The translations under genes were made by a program, and so were the position numbers. Source: a bacterium (lineage in GTDB: Bacteria > Vulcanimicrobiota > Xenobia > Xenobiales > Xenobiaceae). From it: 64,000 nt of DNA. Of this stretch, positions 1 to 9,500 are shown one piece after another. Within the stretch, counting starts at the first letter, position 1. Each line of letters opens with the position of its first letter. Under the pieces are notes generated by a model. The model saw only the letters and a list, made by a program, of their open reading frames with translations, did not search any database and was not told the origin of the DNA. The stretch lies in contig JAUNIO010000011.1 of NCBI GenBank assembly GCA_030535355.1, positions 399 to 64,398 on the forward strand, written 5' to 3'.

Positions 1-2
1 CC

Positions 3-524
3 GACACTACAGACGAAAAAGTCGTCAAAGATATGGGCGTCGATCAGTTTGACAACGTAATATGCGCCATAGGCGGCGACATAGAGGCCAGTTTGATGAC
101 AACCTTATTGATGCGCGAATTTGGAGCCAAACATCTGACCTCCAAAGCCAGCACCGGTCTGCATGGCCGTCTTTTAGAGAAAATAGGCGCGGACCGCGTG
201 GTTTATCCCGAGCGCGACATGGCCTACAAACTAGCGCGCGATTTTCAGGCTACACCGGGCATTGAAGAGCTGATGACCTTCACAGTTAATCAAAAGATGT
301 TCGAATTCAAAGCCCCAGCAGCCTTTGACAAACATACGCTCAAAGAACTGCATTTGCGCCACTCCTTCGGCATCAACGTAGTCGCCGTAAGGCGTGGTGA
401 AAATATCATTACCTCTCCTGGGGCCAATGAAATCATCTTTCAGGGAGACGGTATGCTGGTAGTAGGAGAGATCGAGAAAACCCTGCACGCTTTAGAAAAT
501 TTAGAGAAATACAAGAAAAAATAA
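3..524 (+). CDS. trkA: TrkA/KtrA family potassium uptake regulatory subunit, 5'-truncated by window edge
   Basis: Frame open from position 3; RCK_N end motif 'LEKIGADRVVYPERDMA' and RCK_C 'TLKELHLRHSFGINVVAVRRG'. Confidence 0.88.
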   Translation, partial: DTTDEKVVKDMGVDQFDNVICAIGGDIEASLMTTLLMREFGAKHLTSKASTGLHGRLLEKIGADRVVYPERDMAYKLARDFQATPGIEELMTFTVNQKMFEFKAPAAFDKHTLKELHLRHSFGINVVAVRRGENIITSPGANEIIFQGDGMLVVGEIEKTLHALENLEKYKKK

Positions 525-541
525 CCATTCAGGAGATACCT

Positions 542-1345
542 ATGACTCAAAGCAGCGCACCCCATGCCGACATCGGCGTCTTCGGAGGCTCAGGATTTTA
601 CAGTCTATTTAAAGATGCCCAGGCGGTGTGGATTGACACCCCCTACGGTGCCCCCAGCTCCAAAATTACCATCGCCGACGTCGGAGGCAAAAAAGTCGCC
701 TTTTTACCGCGTCACGGTGCCGATCACTGCTACCCGCCCCACCGCGTGCCGTACCGGGCCAATCTTTGGGCTATGAAAACTCTAGGAGTTAGAAAAATCC
801 TCGCCCCCTGCGCTGTAGGTTCTCTGCAGCCGCATCTGAAACCCGGCAGCTTCGTCATCTGCGACCAGTTTGTGGATCGCACCTCGGGACGCGAATGCAC
901 GTTTTACGACGGCCCCAAAGTCGTCCATTTAAGCGCTGCTGATCCCTATTGCCCGCATCTGCGCAGCCAAACTCTTGCTGTAGCTCAAGAGATGGGCTTA
1001 GATGTTCACGGCGACGGAACGATGGTAGTAATTCAGGGACCGCGTTTTTCCACGCGAGCTGAAAGCAAATGGTTCACCTCCATGGGCTGGTCGGTCGTAG
1101 GCATGACCGGAGTGCCCGAATGTATCCTAGCCAGAGAATTAGAGATGTGCTACGTAAATATTTCTCTGATCACCGATTACGATGTAGGTACAGAAGGTTT
1201 AGTCGAACCGGTAACTATGGATGAAGTCGCCCGCGTCTTCGCGGAGAATACCCAAAAAGTTAAAGATTTGATCATCAGCCTATGCGAGCGCCTTGATGTC
1301 CACGAAGACTGCAGCTGCCTGCACGCTTTATCAGGATCGCATTAA
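542..1345 (+). CDS. mtnP: S-methyl-5'-thioadenosine phosphorylase
   Basis: 'IGVFGGSG', 'FLPRHG', 'YRANLWA', 'QGPRFSTRAES', 'VVGMT', 'ITDYD'; RBS AGGAG. Confidence 0.93.
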   Translation: MTQSSAPHADIGVFGGSGFYSLFKDAQAVWIDTPYGAPSSKITIADVGGKKVAFLPRHGADHCYPPHRVPYRANLWAMKTLGVRKILAPCAVGSLQPHLKPGSFVICDQFVDRTSGRECTFYDGPKVVHLSAADPYCPHLRSQTLAVAQEMGLDVHGDGTMVVIQGPRFSTRAESKWFTSMGWSVVGMTGVPECILARELEMCYVNISLITDYDVGTEGLVEPVTMDEVARVFAENTQKVKDLIISLCERLDVHEDCSCLHALSGSH

Positions 1346-1359
1346 TTTTATCAGCATGT

Positions 1360-1400
1360 AAAAAAGGCGTATAGCTCCACCTAGCTATACACCTTTTTTT
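1360..1400. terminator. Bidirectional intrinsic terminator between convergent mtnP and fadD
   Basis: AAAAAAGGCGTATAGCT...AGCTATACACCTTTTTTT: stem with A-tract before and T-tract after. Confidence 0.8.
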
Positions 1401-1429
1401 CGCGAATGCCTAATTTTTAGGTCAAGCCG

Positions 1430-3325
1430 CTATCCGTCATTTTGGGTCAGTTTAGAATCGCCGACAAACATGGCGGCGATTTCATCCTTAAGATGGCTGT
1501 CTATAATGCGCCTCTTAACTTTAAGCGTAGGCGTAATTTCGCCGCGCTCCTGGGAGAGTTCGCGGTTGAGAATGTGAATTTTGCGCAATTTCTCATAGTT
1601 AGAAAGCGGTTCACAGACATGGCGCACGATATTTTTATATAGGCTAACCACTTGAGGGAGCTTCACCAAAGCATCGCGATCCGTGTACTCCAAATTCTGC
1701 TCTTGAGCCCATTTTTCCAATTTCTCAAAATTGGGCACGATAATGCCGGCCACATAGCCGCAGTTGTTGCCCACGACAACAGCCTGAGCTATAAACAAAT
1801 CGCCGCACAGCGCTAATTCGATAGGCTGCGGGGCCACGTTTTTACCGTTTGACAAAACGAGAATCTCTTTCTTGCGATCGGTAATGGTCAGATAACCGTC
1901 CTCATCGAGCTCGCCGATATCGCCGGTATGGAACCAGCCATCTTCGTCTATGGCTTCGCGGGTGGCTTCAGGCATACCGTAATATCCCAGCATTATACTG
2001 GTACCGCGGGCAATTATTTCCCCGTCATCGGCAATTTTGACTTCGGCATACTCGGGGATTTCGCCCACAGTGCCAATTTTTTCGCGTCCCGCACAGTTGA
2101 CGGCCAGGACCGGGCAGGTCTCGGTTAAGCCGTAACCTTCTAAAATGCTCAGCCCTACATCGAAAAAGAACTCAGCCACATCGCGGCGCAGCGGCGCACC
2201 TCCGGAAACAAAGTGGCGTACATTGCCGCCCACCTTTTCGCGAATTTTAGAATAGACCAGCTTATCGTACAGAGCATGCTGGGCTTTTAAGAATATAGAA
2301 ATCTTTCCTCTAGCTTTAGCTTCGCGGTACTGACGGCCTATTTTTATAGCTTGCTGAAAGACCTTATTGCGAAATCCTCCCGCAGACTGTTCCACCGCTT
2401 TAGCAAATACCTTTTCAAACAGCCGGGGAACGCTGGGCACTATGTTGGGCTTCAGAATAACCATATCACTGGTCACGGTAGCAATGCTTTTGGAAAAGCC
2501 TATAGCTGCACCCACACTCATTAAGACATAGTGAACAATGCGCTCGAATACGTGCGATAAAGGCAAAAACGAAAGCTGATAGTCGGTGGGCTGCGCCTGC
2601 ACAACCGATTTGGCCAAAGGAACAGCCTGGCTGACAAAATTGCCATGCATCAGCATTGCGCCTTTAGGATCTCCCGTAGTTCCTGAAGTATAAACAAAAC
2701 TAAACACATCGTCGGGACGCACATTATTATACATCTCTTCAATCTGACGATGGTTCTTTTTTAAGGTCTCGCGCCCCGCCTGCAGAAAACTCTCCCAGCT
2801 CCATAGGCGCACGCCTTCGGGAACTTTCAGGCTGTTCCGATCAAACTCTTCTATGCACACCACGTGCCGCAAATGGAAGCATTCCTCAGCTACGTTAAGC
2901 ACACGCCCCAAATGATCGCTGTCGGGAACCACAACTATACGCGCTTGGCTTCCCTTAACGATATAGGCCATTTCGCTTTGGCTGAGCGTGGGGTACATGG
3001 GTACGTGCACACAGCCGATATAGCCCGTTCCAATATCGACAACGGGCCATTCTGGACGGTTATTGCAGTAATTAGCTATGCGCTCTTCTTTTTCCAAGCC
3101 CAATTCGACTAGATTTGACGCGAAACAGAGCACTTCGTCGTGAATTTGGCTGTAAGTTTTAAACTCAAAGCGCTTGCCCACGCGCCGTCCTACGTACGGG
3201 CGGCTGCCATGGAGGCTAACCACATGGCGAAATAATCCCGGAATCGTTTTGGCAGGGCAGGAGGTGTCATTTTCTATCCAATTGCGCAGAGCCAAAGGAA
3301 CAGTAAAACCGTCTTTAAGAGACAT
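1430..3325 (-). CDS. fadD: Long-chain fatty acid--CoA ligase (AMP-dependent synthetase)
   Basis: 'YTSGTTGDPKG', 'SFLPLSHVFER', 'EGYGLTET', 'GWFHTGDIG', 'ITDRKKE'. Confidence 0.92.
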   Translation of the reverse strand: MSLKDGFTVPLALRNWIENDTSCPAKTIPGLFRHVVSLHGSRPYVGRRVGKRFEFKTYSQIHDEVLCFASNLVELGLEKEERIANYCNNRPEWPVVDIGTGYIGCVHVPMYPTLSQSEMAYIVKGSQARIVVVPDSDHLGRVLNVAEECFHLRHVVCIEEFDRNSLKVPEGVRLWSWESFLQAGRETLKKNHRQIEEMYNNVRPDDVFSFVYTSGTTGDPKGAMLMHGNFVSQAVPLAKSVVQAQPTDYQLSFLPLSHVFERIVHYVLMSVGAAIGFSKSIATVTSDMVILKPNIVPSVPRLFEKVFAKAVEQSAGGFRNKVFQQAIKIGRQYREAKARGKISIFLKAQHALYDKLVYSKIREKVGGNVRHFVSGGAPLRRDVAEFFFDVGLSILEGYGLTETCPVLAVNCAGREKIGTVGEIPEYAEVKIADDGEIIARGTSIMLGYYGMPEATREAIDEDGWFHTGDIGELDEDGYLTITDRKKEILVLSNGKNVAPQPIELALCGDLFIAQAVVVGNNCGYVAGIIVPNFEKLEKWAQEQNLEYTDRDALVKLPQVVSLYKNIVRHVCEPLSNYEKLRKIHILNRELSQERGEITPTLKVKRRIIDSHLKDEIAAMFVGDSKLTQNDG

Positions 3326-3331
3326 AGATGC

Positions 3332-4027
3332 TTAACCTTTCCGGCGCAGATGGAAGACAAACTGAGCCGCGCCAAAGCGTATTTCGTCGTTATCGTATAA
3401 TTGCGTCTGGACTTCTGGCAACAGCTTCTTACCATTGACGTAGGTACCGTTGGAGCTTCCCAAATCCTCCACAAAAACTCCTTCGGATTGGCGCAGAAGC
3501 CGGGCATGCTGGCGCGAAACCGATCTTCCGCCCTTTACCGCTTCCAGAGAAATATCGTTATCGATGCTGCGGCCAATACTGATACTTTCACGGGCAATAT
3601 AAAAGACAGGCTGGCCACTTTTAGCTTCAAGCGCTCCATAAGCATTGGCGCGCAGAGCCGCTTCTTCTGCTGATATAGCGGGCCCAGGCGCGGGAGCTGG
3701 TGGCACAGGAGCTGACGCAGCAGGAGCCGCAGGGCTATAGCTTACAGCTGGAGCTGGAACTGGGGCCTGAGGCCCAGCTGGAGCAGGCCGGACCGCAGGA
3801 GTAGGCGCGGCTCCGGCAGGCATAGGCCGAGGAGCCGGAGTCGGCCTAGCATCAAACGACGGAGACGAAGAAGTGGTGCTGTTTCTTGGGAAAGATTTTT
3901 CCTGCGAATGCCGCGGCTGATAGTCAGGATTAGCGCGTACTTTTACTCCTGAGATATTGTGACCGCATTTTTCACAAAACATTGAGCCTGCCAAGCTCTC
4001 AAAACCGCATTTAGGACATTTTGCCAT
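3332..4027 (-). CDS. Zinc-ribbon plus Pro/Ala linker plus FHA domain protein
   Basis: Start reassigned to MAKCPKCG (ATG at 4027, GAGGA upstream); CxxC...CxxC; FHA motifs 'IGRS', 'VSRQHA', 'DLGSSNGTYVNG'. Confidence 0.88.
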   Translation of the reverse strand: MAKCPKCGFESLAGSMFCEKCGHNISGVKVRANPDYQPRHSQEKSFPRNSTTSSSPSFDARPTPAPRPMPAGAAPTPAVRPAPAGPQAPVPAPAVSYSPAAPAASAPVPPAPAPGPAISAEEAALRANAYGALEAKSGQPVFYIARESISIGRSIDNDISLEAVKGGRSVSRQHARLLRQSEGVFVEDLGSSNGTYVNGKKLLPEVQTQLYDNDEIRFGAAQFVFHLRRKG

Positions 4028-4249
4028 AGCTGCTTCCTCAAAATATATTGTTTCAATCCACGCTGCCAATTTAATGAGTGCTATAAACCAACGCCGCATG
4101 GATTGACTTATTGTAAGCGGGGGATACCGCTTCGCTCCACCCCCACTCGCACGATATAGGCTTTTTCTACGTAACGCTACTGCCGCTTTTTGCGCTAACA
4201 AAAGCCACAGACCAGACGCTTAATCAACAGTTCGATCTGCTCCGCTGAC

Positions 4250-6154
4250 TCAAGAGAGCAGTCCCTTAATAAGATCAGCATAATTTTCTTCGATAACGCG
4301 ATGCTTAACCTTCATAGAATGAGTCAGCTCTCCCTTTTCTAAGGAAAAGTCATGAGACAGAACTGCAATGCGCTTGACCTTCTCGTAATTGGACAAGTGC
4401 TGGCAGGCATCATGAACATCGGAATTGATAATGGCGCGCAGCTCCTCATTTTGCGTCCACTCTTCCAAAGTACCCGGCAATCCTTTGGCTTCGCCCCATT
4501 CCTTAACTCGGTCCATATCAGGTATGATCAAAGCTGCCACATGCTGAGCGTTATCGCCTACCAAAACAGCGCGCATAATCCACTTACTGCGGCAGAGCAG
4601 CTGCTCAATGCCGGCAGGAGCCACATTTTTGCCGTTGGAAAGAACAATTAAACACTTTTTGCGATCGGTAATGCGCAAATTGCCCTTTTCATCAAACTCC
4701 CCGATGTCGCCAGTGTGGAAATAGCCGTTGACGTCAAAAGCCGCCATGGTAGCTTCGGGATGCTTGTAATAGCCGCGCATGATATTAGGGCCGCGGGCGA
4801 TCACTTCATTATCTTCAATTTTAACATCTAAGCCATCGACAATCGGACCGACCGTGCCTGGCTGGGGTTCTCCGTAATGGCAAACGGAAAGCACTGGGCT
4901 GGTTTCGGTGAGGCCATATCCCTCCAGAACCATAACATTTAAATCTTTAAAGAACTCGGCAACTTCCTTGCGCAGCGGAGCGCCTCCAGAGATGACAACC
5001 CGCATATTGCCGCCCAAGCGTTTTTTTATGTCTTTGCTGAGCAGGCTTAAGGCCATAGACTGCTGAGCCTGCAGAATCTTAGATACCCGGCCAGCCCGCT
5101 GAGCCGCCCCATAAGAACGTCCCACCTTAGCCGCCCACTTAAGGGTGGGCGCGCGTTTAATATTGGTCTTAAGCATTATTTGGTCGTACATTTTGTGCAG
5201 CAGCACAGGCACGCAGGGCATAACCGTTGGTTTCAGGCATACCAAATCCTGCATCAGCATATGAATGCCCTGAGAATAGCCGATAGCCGCGCCGGCGGCC
5301 GTATAAACGTAGTTTATCGCCCTTTCGAAGACGTGGGACAAAGGCAGAAAGCACATTTCTACGTCATCCTGGCGAGGTTTCACGCTGTGTTCCACCAAAT
5401 CAGCCTGAGAGCAGAAATTGCCGTGCATCAGCATAACACCTTTAGGATCGCCTGTCGTTCCAGAGGTATAAACCAGACTGGCTACATCCCAAGGGCGCAG
5501 TTCCCTCTGCAGATAATCAATGTGGTTAGCATTATTGCTATAGCGGACTCTGCCATATTCCAAAAACTCATCCCAGCTCCACAAATGCTTAGCGCTGGAT
5601 TCGCCGGTAGGTGTAATGGCGATAATGTGTTCCAACTCTGGGCACTCATGTTCTATAGCTAATAGCTTACGCAAATGATCTGCCGTACCAGCCACAGCGA
5701 CCTTGGCACCGCAATCCCTGACGATAAAAGACAGCTCGTGAGTGCTCAGCGTCGCGTAAGTGGGCACGTGAACGCAAGCCGCAAAGGCGCTGCCGTAATC
5801 GACAACCACCCACTCGGGACGATTATTAGAGAAATTGACCACACGGTCACCCGGCTGCAGACCTATTGAAACGAGAGCCGACGCGAAACTGCGGATTTTT
5901 CCATAAACTTCTTCGTAAGTTTCAAATTCGTAATGATCTCCCACGCGTCTCCCCAAAAAGGGCCGGTCTTTGGATTTAGTATATGCGTGCAAAAATAGCT
6001 GCGGCGTGGTTGTATAAGGAGCATTTTTAGCCCATTCCAGCAGTTCAGTAAAGACTGGAAATTCAGCACCGATAGGCACGAGCTGATTCTCAGCAGCCTG
6101 AGCTCCGGCCAAACCTGCAAAACATGGATCCAGTTTATTCATGTCGCACTTCAC
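4250..6154 (-). CDS. fadD: Second long-chain fatty acid--CoA ligase paralog
   Basis: 'YTSGTTGDPKG', 'FLPLSHVFER', 'EGYGLTETSP', 'YFHTGDIG'; start could be 6142. Confidence 0.9.
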   Translation of the reverse strand: MKCDMNKLDPCFAGLAGAQAAENQLVPIGAEFPVFTELLEWAKNAPYTTTPQLFLHAYTKSKDRPFLGRRVGDHYEFETYEEVYGKIRSFASALVSIGLQPGDRVVNFSNNRPEWVVVDYGSAFAACVHVPTYATLSTHELSFIVRDCGAKVAVAGTADHLRKLLAIEHECPELEHIIAITPTGESSAKHLWSWDEFLEYGRVRYSNNANHIDYLQRELRPWDVASLVYTSGTTGDPKGVMLMHGNFCSQADLVEHSVKPRQDDVEMCFLPLSHVFERAINYVYTAAGAAIGYSQGIHMLMQDLVCLKPTVMPCVPVLLHKMYDQIMLKTNIKRAPTLKWAAKVGRSYGAAQRAGRVSKILQAQQSMALSLLSKDIKKRLGGNMRVVISGGAPLRKEVAEFFKDLNVMVLEGYGLTETSPVLSVCHYGEPQPGTVGPIVDGLDVKIEDNEVIARGPNIMRGYYKHPEATMAAFDVNGYFHTGDIGEFDEKGNLRITDRKKCLIVLSNGKNVAPAGIEQLLCRSKWIMRAVLVGDNAQHVAALIIPDMDRVKEWGEAKGLPGTLEEWTQNEELRAIINSDVHDACQHLSNYEKVKRIAVLSHDFSLEKGELTHSMKVKHRVIEENYADLIKGLLS

Positions 6155-6267
6155 CTTAATAACATATAATGTGCCTTAAATAAATGTGAAAGAAACATAC
6201 CAAAGATATGAGCCTATTCCTCCCTGTTATATCAGGCCGGAAATGTCATATTTTCAAGCTTTAGAGA

Positions 6268-6328
6268 GAGGTGTTGCCTGAGACAGAGGGGGAACCCAAA
6301 ACTGTTGGGGCAATCGAAGTCTAACTTG
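6268..6328 (+). repeat. Dispersed intergenic repeat, module C fragment
   Basis: GAGGTGTTGCCTGAGACAGAGGGGGAACCCAAAACTGTTGGGGCAATCGAAGTCTAACTTG aligns by eye with 13118-13180 and the reverse complement of 21892-21952. Confidence 0.5.
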
Positions 6329-6549
6329 TATCATATGCTTGCTTGTACGCGAGAATGAATGTGGCGATAATTATATATGAGTAATCATTTTTGCAAACAT
6401 TCCAGGACACAATTATGTTATTTCGAAATATTATAGTTAATTGTTTTCACGCCCTGCGCCCGTTATTTTTACACGGTCCGCGCACGGCAGCGCGGAAATA
6501 TATAGATACGGTACATTGCTGACATCACGCGGCATGTCTGTCACATGTC

Positions 6550-6576
6550 CTGACATAATTCTGACGTACATCTGAC
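6550..6576 (+). promoter_or_regulatory. Three CTGAC direct repeats at 11-bp period, candidate transcription-factor site
   Basis: CTGAC at 6550, 6561 and 6572, just before the RBS of the alpha-2-macroglobulin gene. Confidence 0.4.
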
Positions 6577-6599
6577 TTACGCCTTAAGGAGCCAAGCCT

Positions 6600-9500
6600 A
6601 TGAGCAAAATCCACATAGCGCTTTTGCTGGCGATCCTAGCATCATTGATAGGATTAGTCGCCTGCGATCATAACGCCCAGGCCCGGCCGCGCCCTGGCAA
6701 AAAAGGAGAACTACACGTGGCCAACACCAAACAAGCTACCCTTTCCCTGGAACTGTCTTCGGGACAGGCCTCAGGCGAAGCCCTGAGCGCACAGCCTGTA
6801 GCCCAAACAGCTCCTCTCGATTCGGCTTCAGCCCAAACCTTGCTAAAACGTCTGCCTGCACTGCCGGACGAGGCCGGACTGAAAAAAGATTTCGCCAAAC
6901 GCGCCGAGACTATTCCCGCCCCGCGCACTGGAGAAACCGTAAGCGTTCCCTTTCCTGCGCCGGAAGATTTAAAGCCTCCTGCGCCTCCCCAGGACAAAGA
7001 TATAGACCCTGGGAAATTAAGCGTTCTGCGCTTTGCCCCTGAAGGCAGTGTGCCGCTCGCGCCTCAGGTTTCTGTGACCTTCTCCCACCCCATGGTAGCT
7101 CTAGATTCGCAAAGCGGAGCCGCGCAAAACGTTCCCGTACGTCTAGAGCCGCAGCCCGAAGGCAGCTGGCGCTGGATGGGTACAAAAACCATCGTCTTTG
7201 AAGCCAAAGGCCAGCGGCTCCCCATGGCGACCAAATACAAAGTAACCATACCCAAGGGATGCAAATCGATCAACGGGCTCGTTTTAGACGATGAAGTCAG
7301 TTTTGAATTTGAGACCCCAGCTCTGAAGCTGATCAGCGCCTCTCCCAGCGGGTCCTCCAATCCTCTCAGCCCCCTGGTAATTCTAAGTTTCAACCAAGAT
7401 ATCGACGCTCAGAAAATCTTGCCTTTCGTCATTTTCGAAGATGCCCAAGGCAAATCTTTGGCTTTCCATCTGGCCAGCGAGAAAGAGCTCAAAGAGGACA
7501 GCCGAGCGCAGATCATAATGAAAGATAAGCCCAGCAGCCGGTTCCTAGCGTTTAAGCCCGACAGCGATCTTCCCAAAAACCATGAAATTGCTATCGGCAT
7601 CAAGAATGGCGCTCCTTCAGCTGAAGGGCCTCTGACCACCTCAAGCCCTCAGACTCGCAGCTTCCACACCTACGGTCCCTTCCGCCTCGACCATGCTGAA
7701 TGCGGCTGGCGCAACGAACCGGCGCCTCCGGGAACCCCCTGGCGCATCTATTTTACCAACAATGTCGATGATGACAGTTTCGACCCATCCGCCCAGATAA
7801 CGGTCACTCCCGAACTCGAAGGCATGCGCGTTTCCTGCAGCGGCAGCTGTATCACCATCAGCGGCAACAGCAAAGGACGTACCACCTACAAAGTGACCTT
7901 TGACAGGTCTTTGGGCGACATCTTCGGCCAAGACTTGGAGAAAGACGCTTCCTGCTCCTTTGAAATGGGGTCAGCTATACCCAGCATTCAGACCGTGGGC
8001 GGCAATCTGGTAGTTCTCGATCCGCACGGGCCGCGCACTTATTCTCTGTACACTATCAATCAGCCCAAATTAAAAGTGGAAGTGTACAAAGTCCAGCCAG
8101 AAGATTACCCGCAGTTCCTTAAATGGCGCTCAGAGCAGCTGAATTGGCGGGTTCGGACAGGACGGGAAAAGAATAAAGAAGTTCAGCCCGGCCAAAAAGT
8201 CTTTGCCGACACCATCAAAACCGACAAAATCAAAGATGCTTTTGTGGAGACGCGCCTCGACCTCAGCAAAGCCCTGAACAGTGACGGCTTAGGCCATGCT
8301 TATGTCGTCATAAAGCCTATGGCTAAAGATAATGACAGCGAAATTATCACCTGGATTCAGGCAACTCGCTTAGGCCTTAGCGCTTACGCGGATTCCAGCG
8401 AGCTGACCGCCTGGGCGACCGAACTGTCCACAGGCAAGCCTCTGACAGACGTCACCATTGACAATGTCAAAACTGACAGTCAGGGTCTATTGAAAACATC
8501 AAAACGCTTTCAAGACGGTCTGCTAATCGCCAAGCGCGGCGAAGATTCCGCCTTCTTGCCCTCAATAAACTCCCTCTTCTCTGCTAAAGAGGACAATCGC
8601 TTTAAGTGGCATACTTTCAGCGACCGCGGCATTTACAAGCCCAAAGAAAAAGCCAATTTCAAAGGCTGGCTGCGCGAAATGACAGCTGGCCCAACAGGCG
8701 ACATTGTTCCCGCGCTGCCTAAAGTTCAGAGCATAACCTGGAGCGTTAAAGACCCGCGCGGCAATGAATTTGCCAAAGGCCAAAGCGAGCTGACACCTTA
8801 TGGCGGGTTTGACATTGACATAACCATTCCTGACAATGTCAATCTCGGCAAAGCCCATCTCAAAGTCACCGCCGTTCTCAGCGACGAGAAGGCCAATCAA
8901 GCAGCCCAAGGGCGTTTCAGCACGATTAACGCCTCTACGGAGCTGGCCTTTGACATCCAGGAATTCCGCACCCCGGAATTCGAAGTGCAGACTAAAAACG
9001 AGCAAAGCGTCAGCATCCTGGGAGATACCAGTAAGGTCAGCGCTGTTGCCAAGTACTATGCCGGCGGCTTCCTGCCCCGCGCCAAGGCCCGCTGGAATGT
9101 GTCAGCTATACCCAGCGGTTACAGCCCCGCTGGCTGGGACAAATTCATCTTCGGAACCTGGCGGCCCTGGTGGGACTGCTACTGGATGGATTCTGAGCGC
9201 AGTGAAGCGGTAACCGCTAACTTTGAAGGCGTAACTGATGCCAGCGGCAAACACACCCTCAGTTTGGAGTTTATCAGCTCCAACGAAGAGGACCGCGCCC
9301 CTCTAAGCCCTACTTCCGTTTCCGTCTCCGCCGCTGTGACCGATCTGAACGAACAGACCTGGAGTTCCAAGACCAATCTGCTCGTCCACCCGGCGGAACT
9401 GTACGTCGGCTTAAAACCCGCCCGCCAGTTCGTAGAGAGCAAAGTGCCCATCCATTTAGAGGCTATCGTTACTAATATCGACGGTAAAGCTCAAAGCGGC

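Noticed and set aside
6288-6316. GGGGAACC...TTGGGGCAATC resembles part of the ydaO c-di-AMP riboswitch
   Set aside because: The flanking GCTGAATCC and CCCG...CAGCTAAC elements are missing; better explained as repeat module C.
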